64,000 nt of DNA from Amoebidium appalachense (Eukaryota; Protista; Ichthyosporea), in assembly GCA_963693365.1 (NCBI GenBank), contig CAVNZM010000001.1, positions 15,424,418 through 15,488,417 on the forward strand. The letters run 5' to 3'. Of the stretch, positions 25,566 through 37,794 are shown in pieces (positions within the stretch are counted from its first letter, which is position 1; each line of letters begins with the position of its first letter). The position numbers and the translations under genes were made by a program. The notes beneath the pieces were generated by a model that made no database searches, was not told the origin of the DNA, and saw only the letters and a list, made by a program, of their open reading frames with translations.

Positions 25566-28500
25566 GGGGAACCCCAACTAATTGATTTCTCCTTGTAGTC
25601 TTTATGGTGTCTCGTAGAGAAAGTAAACCCTGATATATAGTCACCACCCGACATCTATGTACGTGATCATGATATACCGCTGAGGGGATATTCCGAGCAA
25701 AAACCCCCCCCCCCATACCTGAGACTGGTTCTCTTTGCCTCGAGTAAACAGCGTAAACCCCCAAGTGTACATATCATTCAAAACAACACACCACACGTGA
25801 CTCACTGACACACCCAGCTGTACCACGTACCACATCCCCATACTCCGAGTTGCAATTTCAGTGAGTTGCCCTTCACTTGAGGTCGAATGCATATGCAAGC
25901 TCACGCAGCGGACTCGAAAGCCGGATAACGGCAGAGCTTTCAAGTGAAAGGGGTAAGTTCCCGTATGTGCGCATGCGCTGAACTGGCCCGTGCTGTTCAT
26001 GCCCGGGCTAAAAATATTGAAGCTCAGGGTACGAACGACCAGCAATGGAATGTCGGGCATGTGCTAACAATGCGAAACCTTTTAGGTTTATTGTTATAAA
26101 GCGATTGGAGCAAACGGATGATTTTAATTAGTTTAAGGTTTTTTTGTAGGCCTTGGAGATTTCATTGTACGCGGCGTCTATAGATGCTGCAACTACCTTC
26201 GCATGCTGTATGTAAAAAGTAAATCATCAAAATTTATAAAGCGCAATAGTATGCATAGTCTAAATACAAAGTGGCTCGAACGAACCGCATACATATTGCA
26301 TTGGTTTAGATATACATTCTAGTGTTTACTGATAAATAAACATCACGCATATGCATCACCAATTTAGCCCCCTCAAATTATAATACGCTAGGTCTACATT
26401 CAAAATATGCATATTACGGCCAAGCACGACTACTTTTCATATGTCAACGCTTATTAGAAAGGGTGTAATTTGCTGGTAAAAGTGATAAAGATGATTGTCT
26501 TCTGCCGGGCGTAACTGAGGGGTGCATTGGCACTGACAACCGTGCCCGGCTGGCTTATTGAACTGATTTGTCACCCTGGGGAAAGGCAAATTTTATCCCA
26601 GTGTGGGCTTAATTTCCTCGACAGATGATTGGCTCATTAATGGAGCAACGCACACAATAAGTACTGAAGTAAGTTGAATGTACCTATTGAATGTATCCTA
26701 AACGTATGCACCTATACGCTATAGTTTAAAATTGGTGGGTACATGTTACATCAAATGTACAAAACCAGAGGCCGGACTAATTATGTATATATTTTTGTCA
26801 CACGCGCCCAAGCCCGAATAGTAGATCGGATAGCGATGGCATAAAGTCTATAGACACTGGATCTAGATTGGCATCTACCAATCGTTTGCTTCCAAACAAC
26901 CGAGAAACAGGTGCATATGTGCATGTGTCACATGTGTACACGATGTCTTCTCACAACAAAACGGGGCCAAAAAAGACCAAACGAGTCTCAACCGTAAACA
27001 TAAGCATATCACGCTCAACATAAAGTGTGACTGTTTCTTCCAGCTACGACTACACAGACACAGTGTTATAACTTGTGAGTCGCGATCGACAGACTGCACG
27101 AGTCACGACCCCGTCATGATGATGAGGAGGGCCCGTGCTATAATGTCACGTTTGCATAAATAATGTTTACATAATGCAATGTAATGTTTGTGACACACAC
27201 ATTCTATTACTGATTCGACAAAGTTTTGCACACACCCTATCCCATACGTGTACAGAGTCGTGCACGACCCAGTACTTGCAATTGCATACATCGCCATAGT
27301 ATCGCCCGGACGTAGGGTTGCTAGAAGGCCTTGTGCGAATGTTCAGACTCAGTGTAGCCAGCTGTTTGTGCACGTCGCGCTGTTGTTGCCTGCATTGGTA
27401 GCAATACAATACCATACAAAACCAAAACTAGTATTACCTGCATGTGCAGCTCATATTCAACTTGTTTGAGTGTTTCTGACTCCTCCAAGTGACATTCTAA
27501 TTGTAGTTCAAGCAAATTAAAAGAAAAGTAACTGAGCGCTTTCACGACGGCTCCAGTTGAGCAAGTTTGACACACGGACGAAGAAATCAGGTGCATGCAG
27601 GGCCCCTTACTGCCTCCACTACGGTCATGCAGTAATAGGAAAACAACATTCATAGCAGCACAACTGAGAACGAGAAGTTGGCAGTGGGTGCAAATAACTG
27701 GTCCGATTCTGTCACTCTCGAGTCTTTTCCCGAGACAACTTGGTGCAAGTTGTTTTTTGGCCAGATTATAGCAAACGGTATACGTTTTCTTGCCAATGAC
27801 AAGCAGTGGGGGATACTGTGTAACCACGGGTTTCGACGGCCAAAGTCAGCACAAGATCAGGATATGTAGTGCTCGTATCTGGGAGCCTGGAACGTATCAA
27901 ATTCAAGTGTGACTCACGAGCACCAGGTGAGTGCCAAGGTGTAGGCATGCACCTCCTATTGCGCTCTTGGTCACATCGTCACATCACTTCTGTTATTTTC
28001 AATGTCATGAGTTATCTCTCGTGTTAGAATGGACCTAAAACAGTGATGGCCCAGTAGCAACGAACATCATTTATGAAGAACCTTCCGAGTTAAAAAATAT
28101 GGCACATCATCATGTGTATTCAACTTTAAAGTGGTGGCTGGTGCCCCGTTCAGTGTTGCGGTGTCTTGACTTTTTTTTTTTTTTTTTCTTTTTTTTTTTG
28201 AGCGTTCTTGCCAGTTTACAGCATGCATAGGCCATGCATAGTGACACATGCGACTTCTCGCTCGTTAAATGGCCAGGAGTTGTAGTCCGATAAAATGTGC
28301 TGCTTATAGATTTATAAACTTGTAACAGCACAGCCTGAGTCTCAAAGCACCATGACAATTTCACACAGTCATTCGCAACTTGTTTTTTTAATTCGTGGGC
28401 GGTCTACACAATGTACAACCGAAAACTAACGTAATCTTGTCCCGGGCCCCCTTTTCTGTTTCCTGTTCTTATTCGTTCGATAATAATCAGTCACAAACTG

Positions 28501-28874
28501 TGCTCAGTGTCGTACTGGCCTCTGAAGACTTCACAGCTTGAATGCATAGCCCGTAATGTGCTGCCACTGGTATCTCTTGCTTCTGTACCCGTACATAATG
28601 CCGACCTGATGTTCGCATTCTCAGACTCAAGATCTAATCAGCGAAGAACTCACACAGACGCATTTATGCATAAAAGTTCTGGACATGTGCACAGCCCCTG
28701 GGCACACACAAAAACATTTCCCGATCTTTCCACGTGTCGATAATCCACACCTAACGTAGCTGAGGCCTGTGTCGGTCTAATTCATGCCAAGGTTCCACGA
28801 ACTGACATTCTTAGGAAACCCACCACTGATTACGCGGAAACTTCACGCCCGCACAGGTCAAACTTTCCACGACC

Positions 28875-29178
28875 ATGTCACACATATATGAAGTAGGTGC
28901 GGGGCCCACAAGCCACCTTTCATCGGCCTACATGTTTCACGACAGTGGGCCACCAGACGGGCCAGAACACGAGTCACCCTTCGAGTCGAACCAACCAACA
29001 GGTAACACAGGAGAATATGGGGATTATGATAGCGAGGCTGATACAACTAGTTCTCAGACAAGGTATGTTTCTGAGTATGTTCATACTCTCCCCTTCCCCC
29101 TCACTCCTCCACCCCCTTTTGCCGCCCCCCTCCCCCCCCCCCCCCCCCCCCACACACACACACATGCGCACGCGCGCG

Positions 29179-29220
<42 letters not shown>

Positions 29221-29836
29221 GCACGCGTACACCCACACACCCACACACACACAAAACCTGGGGAAGAAAAAACAAAAACACAACCATCACCAATGCTGCT
29301 TAAACCCCCACCATCATCCCCCCCCCCCCCCCCCCCCCTTCTCCTCTCTCCTCATTCTCGCAAATTTCCCATTTCCCCCCCCCCGGTATCACAACGTTTT
29401 GGATATTTCACATTTTTCACTTGTTACGAGAACCTGTACACTTCCAATTTTACCTCCGGTATTATGTATTATCCCGGATGTTTTCACATTCCTTAATTTG
29501 CAGTGATCACACTCTATCTCACACACCTTTTTCATTGGCATCGCACATAATACGTCATATTTTCCATTTTTTTTCAACAGGTATCACATACTATTCCTTA
29601 TATCTCCTTATATCTCCTTTTACTTTCCCTGCTACTGCACAAGCAACATCTCTGGCTCAAGGTGTTGCACCTTTTTAACCTTTTATCCGTTTCTATTACA
29701 CAGGGGTTCAAGACGAAGGCGGACCTTTGCTGAGCTTCAAAGAGACATTTACTGCCCGTATGAGGGCTGCCACCGGCCATATGCCTCAAAGCATTCCTTA
29801 CAGCAGGTTTGCCTCCTCCCCCCCCCCCCCCCCCCC

Positions 29837-29867
<31 letters not shown>

Positions 29868-30001
29868 GAGAGAGAGAAAGAAAGAAAGAAGAAGAAAAAG
29901 GAAAAGAAAAAATGCCCCCCCCCCCCCCCCCCCCCCCCTCCCCCCCCCCCTCCCTCCCTTCCTTCCACTGTTGAAAATCGTACCCCTCGCTCGTCCTCCC
30001 T

Positions 30002-30034
<33 letters not shown>

Positions 30035-31846
30035 TCCCTGTTACCCCCCTCCACTCCTCCCTCCGCCCCCTTACCCTCCCCATTCTCGTTCTCCCAGGCC
30101 TTTATTACGACTTATGTCCTGCACCCCTTAGTAGTGCGTTTCCTGATTCATATATAAGGGTCCATCAGTCAGGGAGCAAATTTCTATCGAGCTCCACTCT
30201 TCCCAGTTGAGCCCCCATCCCTGTTAGAGCCCCCACAACCATCCCGGCCGTTTGTTTTTGTGACCATTCCAGACACCGGCCAAACTTCTACCGATGATTC
30301 TGTTTCACTGAATGTTTATTATAAACTAACTGACCAATCAAAACCCATCTTTAAACACAGCACGTGCGCCTAAAGCACACCGGTGGCAAGCCATCAAATC
30401 TGCCCAAGGTTCTCAGCCCCGGGATGGTGATCTCCCAATCTGATTGGCCGAAACCCGACGGCTCACTTGAGCGGCAGCAATTTTTGAGGCCCCACGCACA
30501 GGTGGATGGGTGCCATGCGAGGGCAAACCGAATTGTTGAGCAGATGAGGTCACCACGTGCTAACAAGGGTGAGCCCCCCCCCCCCCCCCCCCCCCTACAC
30601 ACACACACACCACCCCCAAAAAAGGCACACACACACGCGCGCGGACTCATACACATACACACACAGATCATGACACACCGTACACAGTGACACACACACA
30701 AACACACACACACACACACAACACCACCACCACCACCACAACCAGCAGCCCCACCACCAATCCCCTATCTCCCGCAGCCAGCCCCTTTTCCTTCATTTGT
30801 ACACCACTGCGTGGTCCTGAGCCCCTGGGGTTTCTTGTTTAGCACGGTTTCCATACCCCCCCCCCTCCCAAGTTCAGTTGATGATGCTGTCTGAGTTGGA
30901 GAGTCGTATATACACGGGCTAAGGGGTCGAAGCTCAGACGCAATTGATGACTTGGGCCCTCCCTGAGGATGGGCTCTGCTTATGACACATACTGTGAGCA
31001 TGGCTATGTTGCATACTTGAATGTCTGCCTTTGCATGTGTCCTTCGTGTATGCGTACTTCGTACCGTGTTCCGCATTCAAACCCCCCCAGTCTTCTTTCA
31101 GAGGTGTCCTTTCAGGACAGACCACTGTGTGGAGACCGCTTTACTTCCATGCAACCGGGCATGGTTGCTCTGTGTCGTGCATCTGTAAGCACATACGCAT
31201 TTTTCCCTGCGCTGCATTAGTTTGCACACACATATCCACCGTTTTGCTCACCTTGCTTGCATAAGCAACCCTGCTTGTCTTTGATCAAGACGGGTTGACC
31301 CTCCCAAGTTCAGTTGATGCTGCTGTCTGAGTTGGAGAGTCGTATATATACTCGGGCTAAGGGGTCGAAACTCAGACGCAATTGATGACTTGGGCCCTCC
31401 CTGAGGATGGGCTCTGCTTATGACGCATACAGTATGCGTCCGCGCGTAACATACCGCCCCGACAAGGGTCGAGGTCGTTATGTTAAATTTTAATTAGTAT
31501 CTAAAAATAGGCTCCCAGAGCCCGTCTCGATTATGTTACACCCCCCCCCCCCCCCCCCCCCCCCCCCCGCCCCCGCCCGCCTGCCCTCCCGCCCGCCCAG
31601 GAGGCCACACTGGGCCTCTCCATCGGGCGGGGAATCCGCAAACCGCTAAATGACATAAATATAGTAGTAAACAAATAATAAATTGATCAAATGAATGAAT
31701 AAACAAAGAATATTTATACTAGTTCCTTTTTGAGATGGTGAAAAAAAAAAAGGGAAATTCGGAAAAAAAAAAAAAAAAAAACTTTGGGAAAAAAAAAAAA
31801 AAAAAGAAGCTGAAAGCGTGAAAGCCTATGTGTGTGTGTGTGTGCC

Positions 31847-31925
<79 letters not shown>

Positions 31926-32101
31926 AAATCTAAATCAATACTTGAAAGTCTAGCATTTAGTACATCAAGTCCCCCCCCCCACCCCCCCCTCCCCTCCTCC
32001 CCAACCCGCTAAATAAGTAAATATAGAGGAAATCAATAAGTAATTGATTCAAATAATAATAAAAACATACTAATTTTTTCAAGGGGACCAAACCAAAAAA
32101 G

Positions 32102-32141
<40 letters not shown>

Positions 32142-33249
32142 CAACTCATACAAACAAGGACGTACTAGTCTTTCTGCTCCCTCACACCTTACTCTCACAC
32201 CTTACGAATTTGGCACCACACACCTACACGAGTAAGAGGCAACCCCTCCCCCTTCGCCTCATACAAATCCGTATTCAGGGTTTCATCAAGCTCCAAACCA
32301 TTACCGTAACTCACACGGAAAAGAAACCCCCTTTTCTGGGCACCACCCACTATCACCCCACGCAGCCAGCCCACCAAACCAAACCTGCGCAAGATCTCAC
32401 ACCCATGCACCCAAAATCGAACATCGTCTTCTGCCCAGGCTTACTGGCAGCCTTTTTCAGCGATTCCGCGCGTGTGGGGGCTCTGCGGCTCTCTAAACTC
32501 TCCATGTGCGAGCGCAATTGTGCTTTTGCCGTTTCGGCTTGTGCAATTGCACGTGTGGTTGCGTTGTTGATTGTGTTGTTTGCGTTTACAAAACCCTCAG
32601 AAATGATTGCTTGGGCTTCTTGGGTAGTTTCCTGAAACTTGTCTGTGGCCTCATTTACTGTGTGCAGTGCACTATTCAACGCCCCAAGTGCAGCTGCCTG
32701 CACCTGGACTACTGGCTTGGTCATGATCGGTGGGTTTAATATGCATTCAACCTGCCTATATGACTAGGATGTAAAAACTAGCTATACAAGACTGCTTCGA
32801 ACTAGTTGGGGCCTTCGTATGTTTCTGCTCGTTTATCGACATAGTCGGCCACATGAGTCCTTTGCATACCATGCGATGTGCGGCCACCGCCTATCATTGG
32901 CCCTGGCGAGCTTTGGGCGGTCGCTGAAATCACGGCGAACCACTGTTTTGTCTGGGAAAGAAATCGAAATACTTAAGATAGGGGGTCTAAACTGACCAGA
33001 TAAACCCGATTACTCGTCCTACTATGTATAGGACCCCTTGGTGCGCTAACATAATCCCGAAAAATGACCGAGGTCAGTATGTTAAGATTTTTTGAAAATC
33101 GGCGTCGACGTTATGTTGTGCGCGGAGTATGTTACGCGCGGACGCATACTGTACTGCGCGCATGGCTATGTTGCATACTTGAATGTTTGCCTTTTCATGT
33201 GTCCTTCGTGTATGCGTACTTCGTACCGTGTTCCGCATGCAACCCCCCC

Positions 33250-33280
<31 letters not shown>

Positions 33281-33386
33281 AAATAAATAAAATAAAAAAT
33301 AAAAAATAAAAAAAAATAAAAAACCACTACCATCACTCCCACGATGACTGTGTATTCTCAAGTTGATTTCTCCGTTACCCCCTCCC

Positions 33387-33427
<41 letters not shown>

Positions 33428-33881
33428 ATCCTCCCCCTCCCCCCCCCCCTTCCCGCCCCCCAACCAACAAAAACAAAAAAGCCCCAAAAATAACCTGTTT
33501 AAAGCAAAACAAATAAATCAAACCTTAACGATTATCTAACCTACAAAGCTGCCGATATCTTGTTCTGCACCATGTGACTTCTCATTTTATTTTTTCAATC
33601 CGTGCACACACACCCACATGTGAACTCTTTCAGTCAGCGGACTCCTCTACCTACTAGCCCCCATATTGCTTATGTACCTTTCAGGCCAGCCATGCGCTTG
33701 AAGCAAAAATTTACGAATGCCCCCCCCCCCCCCCCCCCCCCCTCCCCCCCCCTCCCCCCCCCCCCCTCTCCCCCCTTACCCCCTCCTCTCCCCCCGCCCC
33801 CCCACACACATTCATCCACACACACCCCCTTCTCTCTCTCCCCCCCCCCCCCCCCCAAAAAAAAAAAAAAAAAAAAAAACG

Positions 33882-33980
<99 letters not shown>

Positions 33981-34022
33981 ACTCTCACTCTCACTCTCTC
34001 TCTCTCTCTCTCTCACTCACTC

Positions 34023-34069
<47 letters not shown>

Positions 34070-34434
34070 TACACACACTCACACACACACACTCACACTC
34101 ACAACCCCCCTCCCCCCCCCCCCCCCCCCCAACACACACACACACGTTTTCTCCTGCAGGCTACTTCAGCAGTCCCTCCCCCTCCACCACATACGACTAC
34201 CACCAGAGCTATTGTCAAGAGCCCGCCGCAAGATCTCGAAGTGCATCCGTTCCGCAAACCGGTGCATCGCCTACAGTATTTAGATATGAAAGGGAGATAC
34301 GTCACAGCCCATCTCTCCCTAACTCCGACACAGGCCCCAAAATTTGGGCCGGCGAGGAAAGATGGACGGAGCCTGAGGCGGAATCGCGCGATCGGAATTT
34401 TGACCAACCATACGGCCAATCGGGAGATTACTAA
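28875..34434 (+). CDS. Single C2H2 zinc-finger protein (Con7-like basic region plus finger), probable transcription factor
   Basis: Exons 28875-29062, 29704-29806, 30361-30568 and 34160-34434 join in frame via GT-AG. They give RRRRTFAELQRDIYCPYEGCHRPYASKHSLQQ|HVRLKH (C-x4-C-x12-H-x4-H) split across an intron. The true C-terminus may extend to 35225. Confidence 0.8.
31430..33151. mobile_element. Non-autonomous TIR DNA transposon (Tc1/mariner-like ends), 1722 bp
   Basis: Perfect 25-bp TIR CAGTATGCGTCCGCGCGTAACATAC (31430-31454 and 33127-33151), flanked by TA on both sides. Removing the element plus one TA restores the host repeat to the same local length as its other copies. Subterminal TATGTTA/TAACATA motifs occur at both ends. 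No transposase seen. Confidence 0.9.
32195..32724 (-). pseudogene. Frameshifted cargo ORF: helical N-terminal part plus Tudor-like C-terminal part
   Basis: 32724-32353 encodes an amphipathic, coiled-coil-like sequence. A second frame open from 32440 to 32195 encodes GCEILRRFGLVGWLRGVIV...FLFRVSYGNG, which by eye resembles Tudor-fold consensus. Confidence 0.45.
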
Positions 34435-35225
34435 AGTACCCGCACGATTACAGGGAGGTGAAGTGGCAAGAGCAACCGGAATATGGATATGATCGTGGCA
34501 TTCCACAGGCAATGGCCAATCAGATTCAAGAACCGCACAACACAAATTCGCTATTGGCTGAAGCCCATGCGCAATTCCAACAAGCAATACGGGACAAAAC
34601 GCAGGCCACGCACATGGCTGAGCAAGACGGAAACCAATACCATTCGAATTCGGCGCCGTTTCGGCAACGAATCAATGAGCATTTTCGGTCACACAGCCTA
34701 GATTCCGCCTTATCACCACGTGTATCCCCATACGCACGTGCACATAGCATCCATTCACATATTCGGCGCACATCAAACGTTTCCATGGGAATGGGAGACA
34801 CTGCCGACCTCCCTAGCGTCCAATCATATCACATGGTTTCCCGGAAGGATCCATGTTGTTCCGCCAATGAAGAAGGACGTCACGAGCACGCCTTGCGCTC
34901 GTCCAGTTTCCCGCTCGCTGGTCGGTTCTCCAATAGGACGGAGCGATCGGTAGATCCCAACTCCTATTGGTTGCACCCTAGAAACGAAGTTGACTATCAC
35001 CCTAGCGAGTCTACGTCCACTCAGACTCACTGGCAAACAGTCGAAAATTCGGGCCCCTGCACGCACACTGGCGAGTGGCAGGAAGTGGTGATTGAAGAAG
35101 GAGCGGAATTTTACGCACACGGGGTTCTTCATGAAGGGGGGTTTATCGTACTTGACCCCCCGGACCACCCGATGAATAATAGCGGCAATGAGTATGAGGA
35201 TGAGGATGCGCACATGCGGCCGTAA
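34404..35225 (+). CDS. Probable out-of-frame C-terminal continuation of the zinc-finger gene
   Basis: An open frame of about 270 codons, free of simple repeats and rich in S/H/Q/E like the preceding exon, overlapping its stop codon in a different frame. Confidence 0.5.
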   Translation, partial: PTIRPIGRLLKYPHDYREVKWQEQPEYGYDRGIPQAMANQIQEPHNTNSLLAEAHAQFQQAIRDKTQATHMAEQDGNQYHSNSAPFRQRINEHFRSHSLDSALSPRVSPYARAHSIHSHIRRTSNVSMGMGDTADLPSVQSYHMVSRKDPCCSANEEGRHEHALRSSSFPLAGRFSNRTERSVDPNSYWLHPRNEVDYHPSESTSTQTHWQTVENSGPCTHTGEWQEVVIEEGAEFYAHGVLHEGGFIVLDPPDHPMNNSGNEYEDEDAHMRP

Positions 35226-36024
35226 TATGTTAAAGATATGTAAATGGTCGTGTGTCTTCCCTTGCATAGGTAGTCCATGAAGGGATTCAGATGATGTTGC
35301 GAATCGGGTTCTCGATCCGATCCGAATCTTTAACTGAATTAGATTCGATTCCGATTCCTAGACCGATCGGAAACGATTGCTAATTCCGATCCAAAGCAAT
35401 TTTTGCCTCAGATGAGTAAGTGACGTTAGTACTATGGGCATTTGCAAGGGCGGGGCGAGCGCCGGGGCAAGCGCAGCGAGCCCGCGGCCCCCGGCAGCGA
35501 GCAAGTTTTTGCAACTCAGCCTGAGGAGAACCCTTCCTTTCCAATGACTGATACAGTGCGATAAAAAGTAAAAACACTGTGCGAGAACAATGAAAGTGGC
35601 TCCCCAATGAAAACCCTCCAATATAGAGTGTACCGATAGTCTTACATCAGATACTCTTACTTGTGCCATTGTGAGAACAGGTCACGCGGGCTCAGAGAGC
35701 CTCGGTCCGCACACGCGGAGACCGTGTCGACGCAATTTATATTAGTGGATATGTGAACTGAAATAGCCTAAAGATAACCAATCGCTAGCCTTACAGTTTG
35801 CCCAATCTATCCGCCCAACTGGCATATAGCAGGCAACCTATGATGTTATTGTAATTGGAGCGAGTTAGTTGGGTCCCTTTAAAGTTTGAGTGTGTGTAGG
35901 CTTATGTATCAACATAAAGAATGTTGGCACCCGGAGTGTCAGTTATGAGGCAGTGGACGAAATGTGCTCTAATCTGTTATACACACTCCGGGGAAACCAA
36001 AATAACCCCCCCCCCCCCCCCCTC

Positions 36025-36074
<50 letters not shown>

Positions 36075-36296
36075 CCCGGGGGCCCCTCCCTCGCTCCGAG
36101 CACACACAAACACTATGCATACACCAATACACACCGGCATGACGTTGTACATGCACACACACACATGCACCGTGACACGTGTACACACACACACACACGC
36201 ACACACACTCCGAGTCTCTCTCTCTCTGAGACACGTACGCACACACGCGCGCGCTCACACACACACACGCACATCAGACACGTGTACACACTGACG

Positions 36297-36353
<57 letters not shown>

Positions 36354-37034
36354 CCGAACGCACACACACACACACACACACGTACACACACACACACGCG
36401 CGCGTGTCCCTGAATTCCCGCATATTGGGAACGAATACGGCCAAGAGGTGTTTTGATTGGATGCAACTATATCTGATTTCAATTTTCGCGGCAGTTTGGG
36501 ATACCTGATGAAACGATGGTTGGAAAAATGGGTCCAAAAGGGGTTTTTCCGCGAGCTGAGCAGTTTTTAACATGCCATATTTTCAAATTAAAAAAAAAGC
36601 ACAATTAGGCAATGCCCAATGGAAACTGGTCTTCGCGTGGTGCGGTAATGGGGGGGGGGGGGGGGGGGGGGAGGGGGGCTGGTTAGGGGCTTTTGTGCAA
36701 ATTCACAAAATTCTATTTTGCTGAGCATATCAATGAAGTCATTATCATAACAAATTTACAAGCAGCGCAATAAATTAGTCCAATCAAAAGTGGCCTTGGC
36801 GGGGTGCGCGTTCAAGTATTAAAGCACAATTAGCCAGGCCAATAAAAATGACTTTTTGGCTGGTTGTGATTATTAATAATGAGGGGGGCAGTTTTATAAG
36901 CTAAACAAATCAAACCTGGCTTTGGCTGGGTGCGTAACTGTGTAATTAGTGTTCCCAATCTTGTGTTGGATAATGGGCCCTTAGTACTCCAAAAGTGTCG
37001 GGGGGCGAGGAAAACGGCAACCTATTATGATAGA

Positions 37035-37794
37035 TCTGAGGGCCCCATATCATCTTTTCGCCCCATCACACTAACCCAGGTTGTTCGTAGATTCTTTGAA
37101 GCTTGCTTACTTAGGTTATTTGCACATCACCCTAGGTTTCAATCTATTCTTCACATACACCCATGCCAATCCGCTTTTCGTAAAAACAATTCATGTTACG
37201 TTCAAATAATGGCACTGCAATGATTCTATGCAAGTTGGTGCACGATAAGTTGATGGAAAACTGCTTACGATCATGCTGTCTCCCCTGGTCTCCTATGGGA
37301 AAGGCTTGCTCAGGCTGCACACACTGCATTGGTGTTTTGTTAGAAGCACTCTTGTCTCAAACCTATGGTAGAGCTGTGGTTTATGGGCACCTTTTATATG
37401 GTTTTGCTCGTACTAGAGGTCTCTTGCAGGGTTCATTGCTTAGCCCCTTTTTGTTTAACCTATTTATAGATGATTTGGCTGTCAAGATTTATGCCGAAAA
37501 TGATGACCCTATTACTAACTTTGCGCCTGCACTTCTCTATGCTGATGATCTGTCCCTCCTTGCCCGTACCCCTAGACGCCTGCAAAGATCGTTCGATGTG
37601 GTGTCAGAGTGGTGCAAGCTGGCTAACCTTATGATCCTTAACATAGACAAATGTGGTGTTCTTGTACCTGATATAGCTAACAATTTACACACATTTACAT
37701 TATCATCTAAACCTGTACCTATAGTTCCAAAATACAAATATCTTGGTGTTCCGGCTAATTCTGTTGGTGTTATGTTTTCCCATATGGTGAAAAG
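37035..37794 (+). mobile_element. Degenerate internal RT fragment of the same LINE family
   Basis: Near-identical to 23612-24379 (SEGPISSFRPITL...YADD...YKYLGVP), with clustered indels at about 37220-37320. Lacks both ends and poly(A). Confidence 0.93.

Larger units (their letters stand above)
30865..33270 (+). repeat. Two head-to-tail copies of a structured dispersed repeat; the second copy is split by a TIR element
   Basis: Copy 1 spans about 30865-31088. Copy 2 spans about 31205-31429 plus 33152-33270. Both closely match the uninterrupted copy at 48731-49093. Confidence 0.88.

Noticed and set aside
26504-26550. Hammerhead-like three-stem layout (GCCGGGC...CTGAGGG-GTGC/GCAC-TGACA...GCCCGGC)
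   Set aside because: The core deviates at invariant positions (CUGANGA, GAAA) and there is no stem III.
35300-35395. Cluster of CCGAT/ATCGG motifs after the zinc-finger gene
   Set aside because: It may be transposon subterminal repeats, but no matching second end was found.
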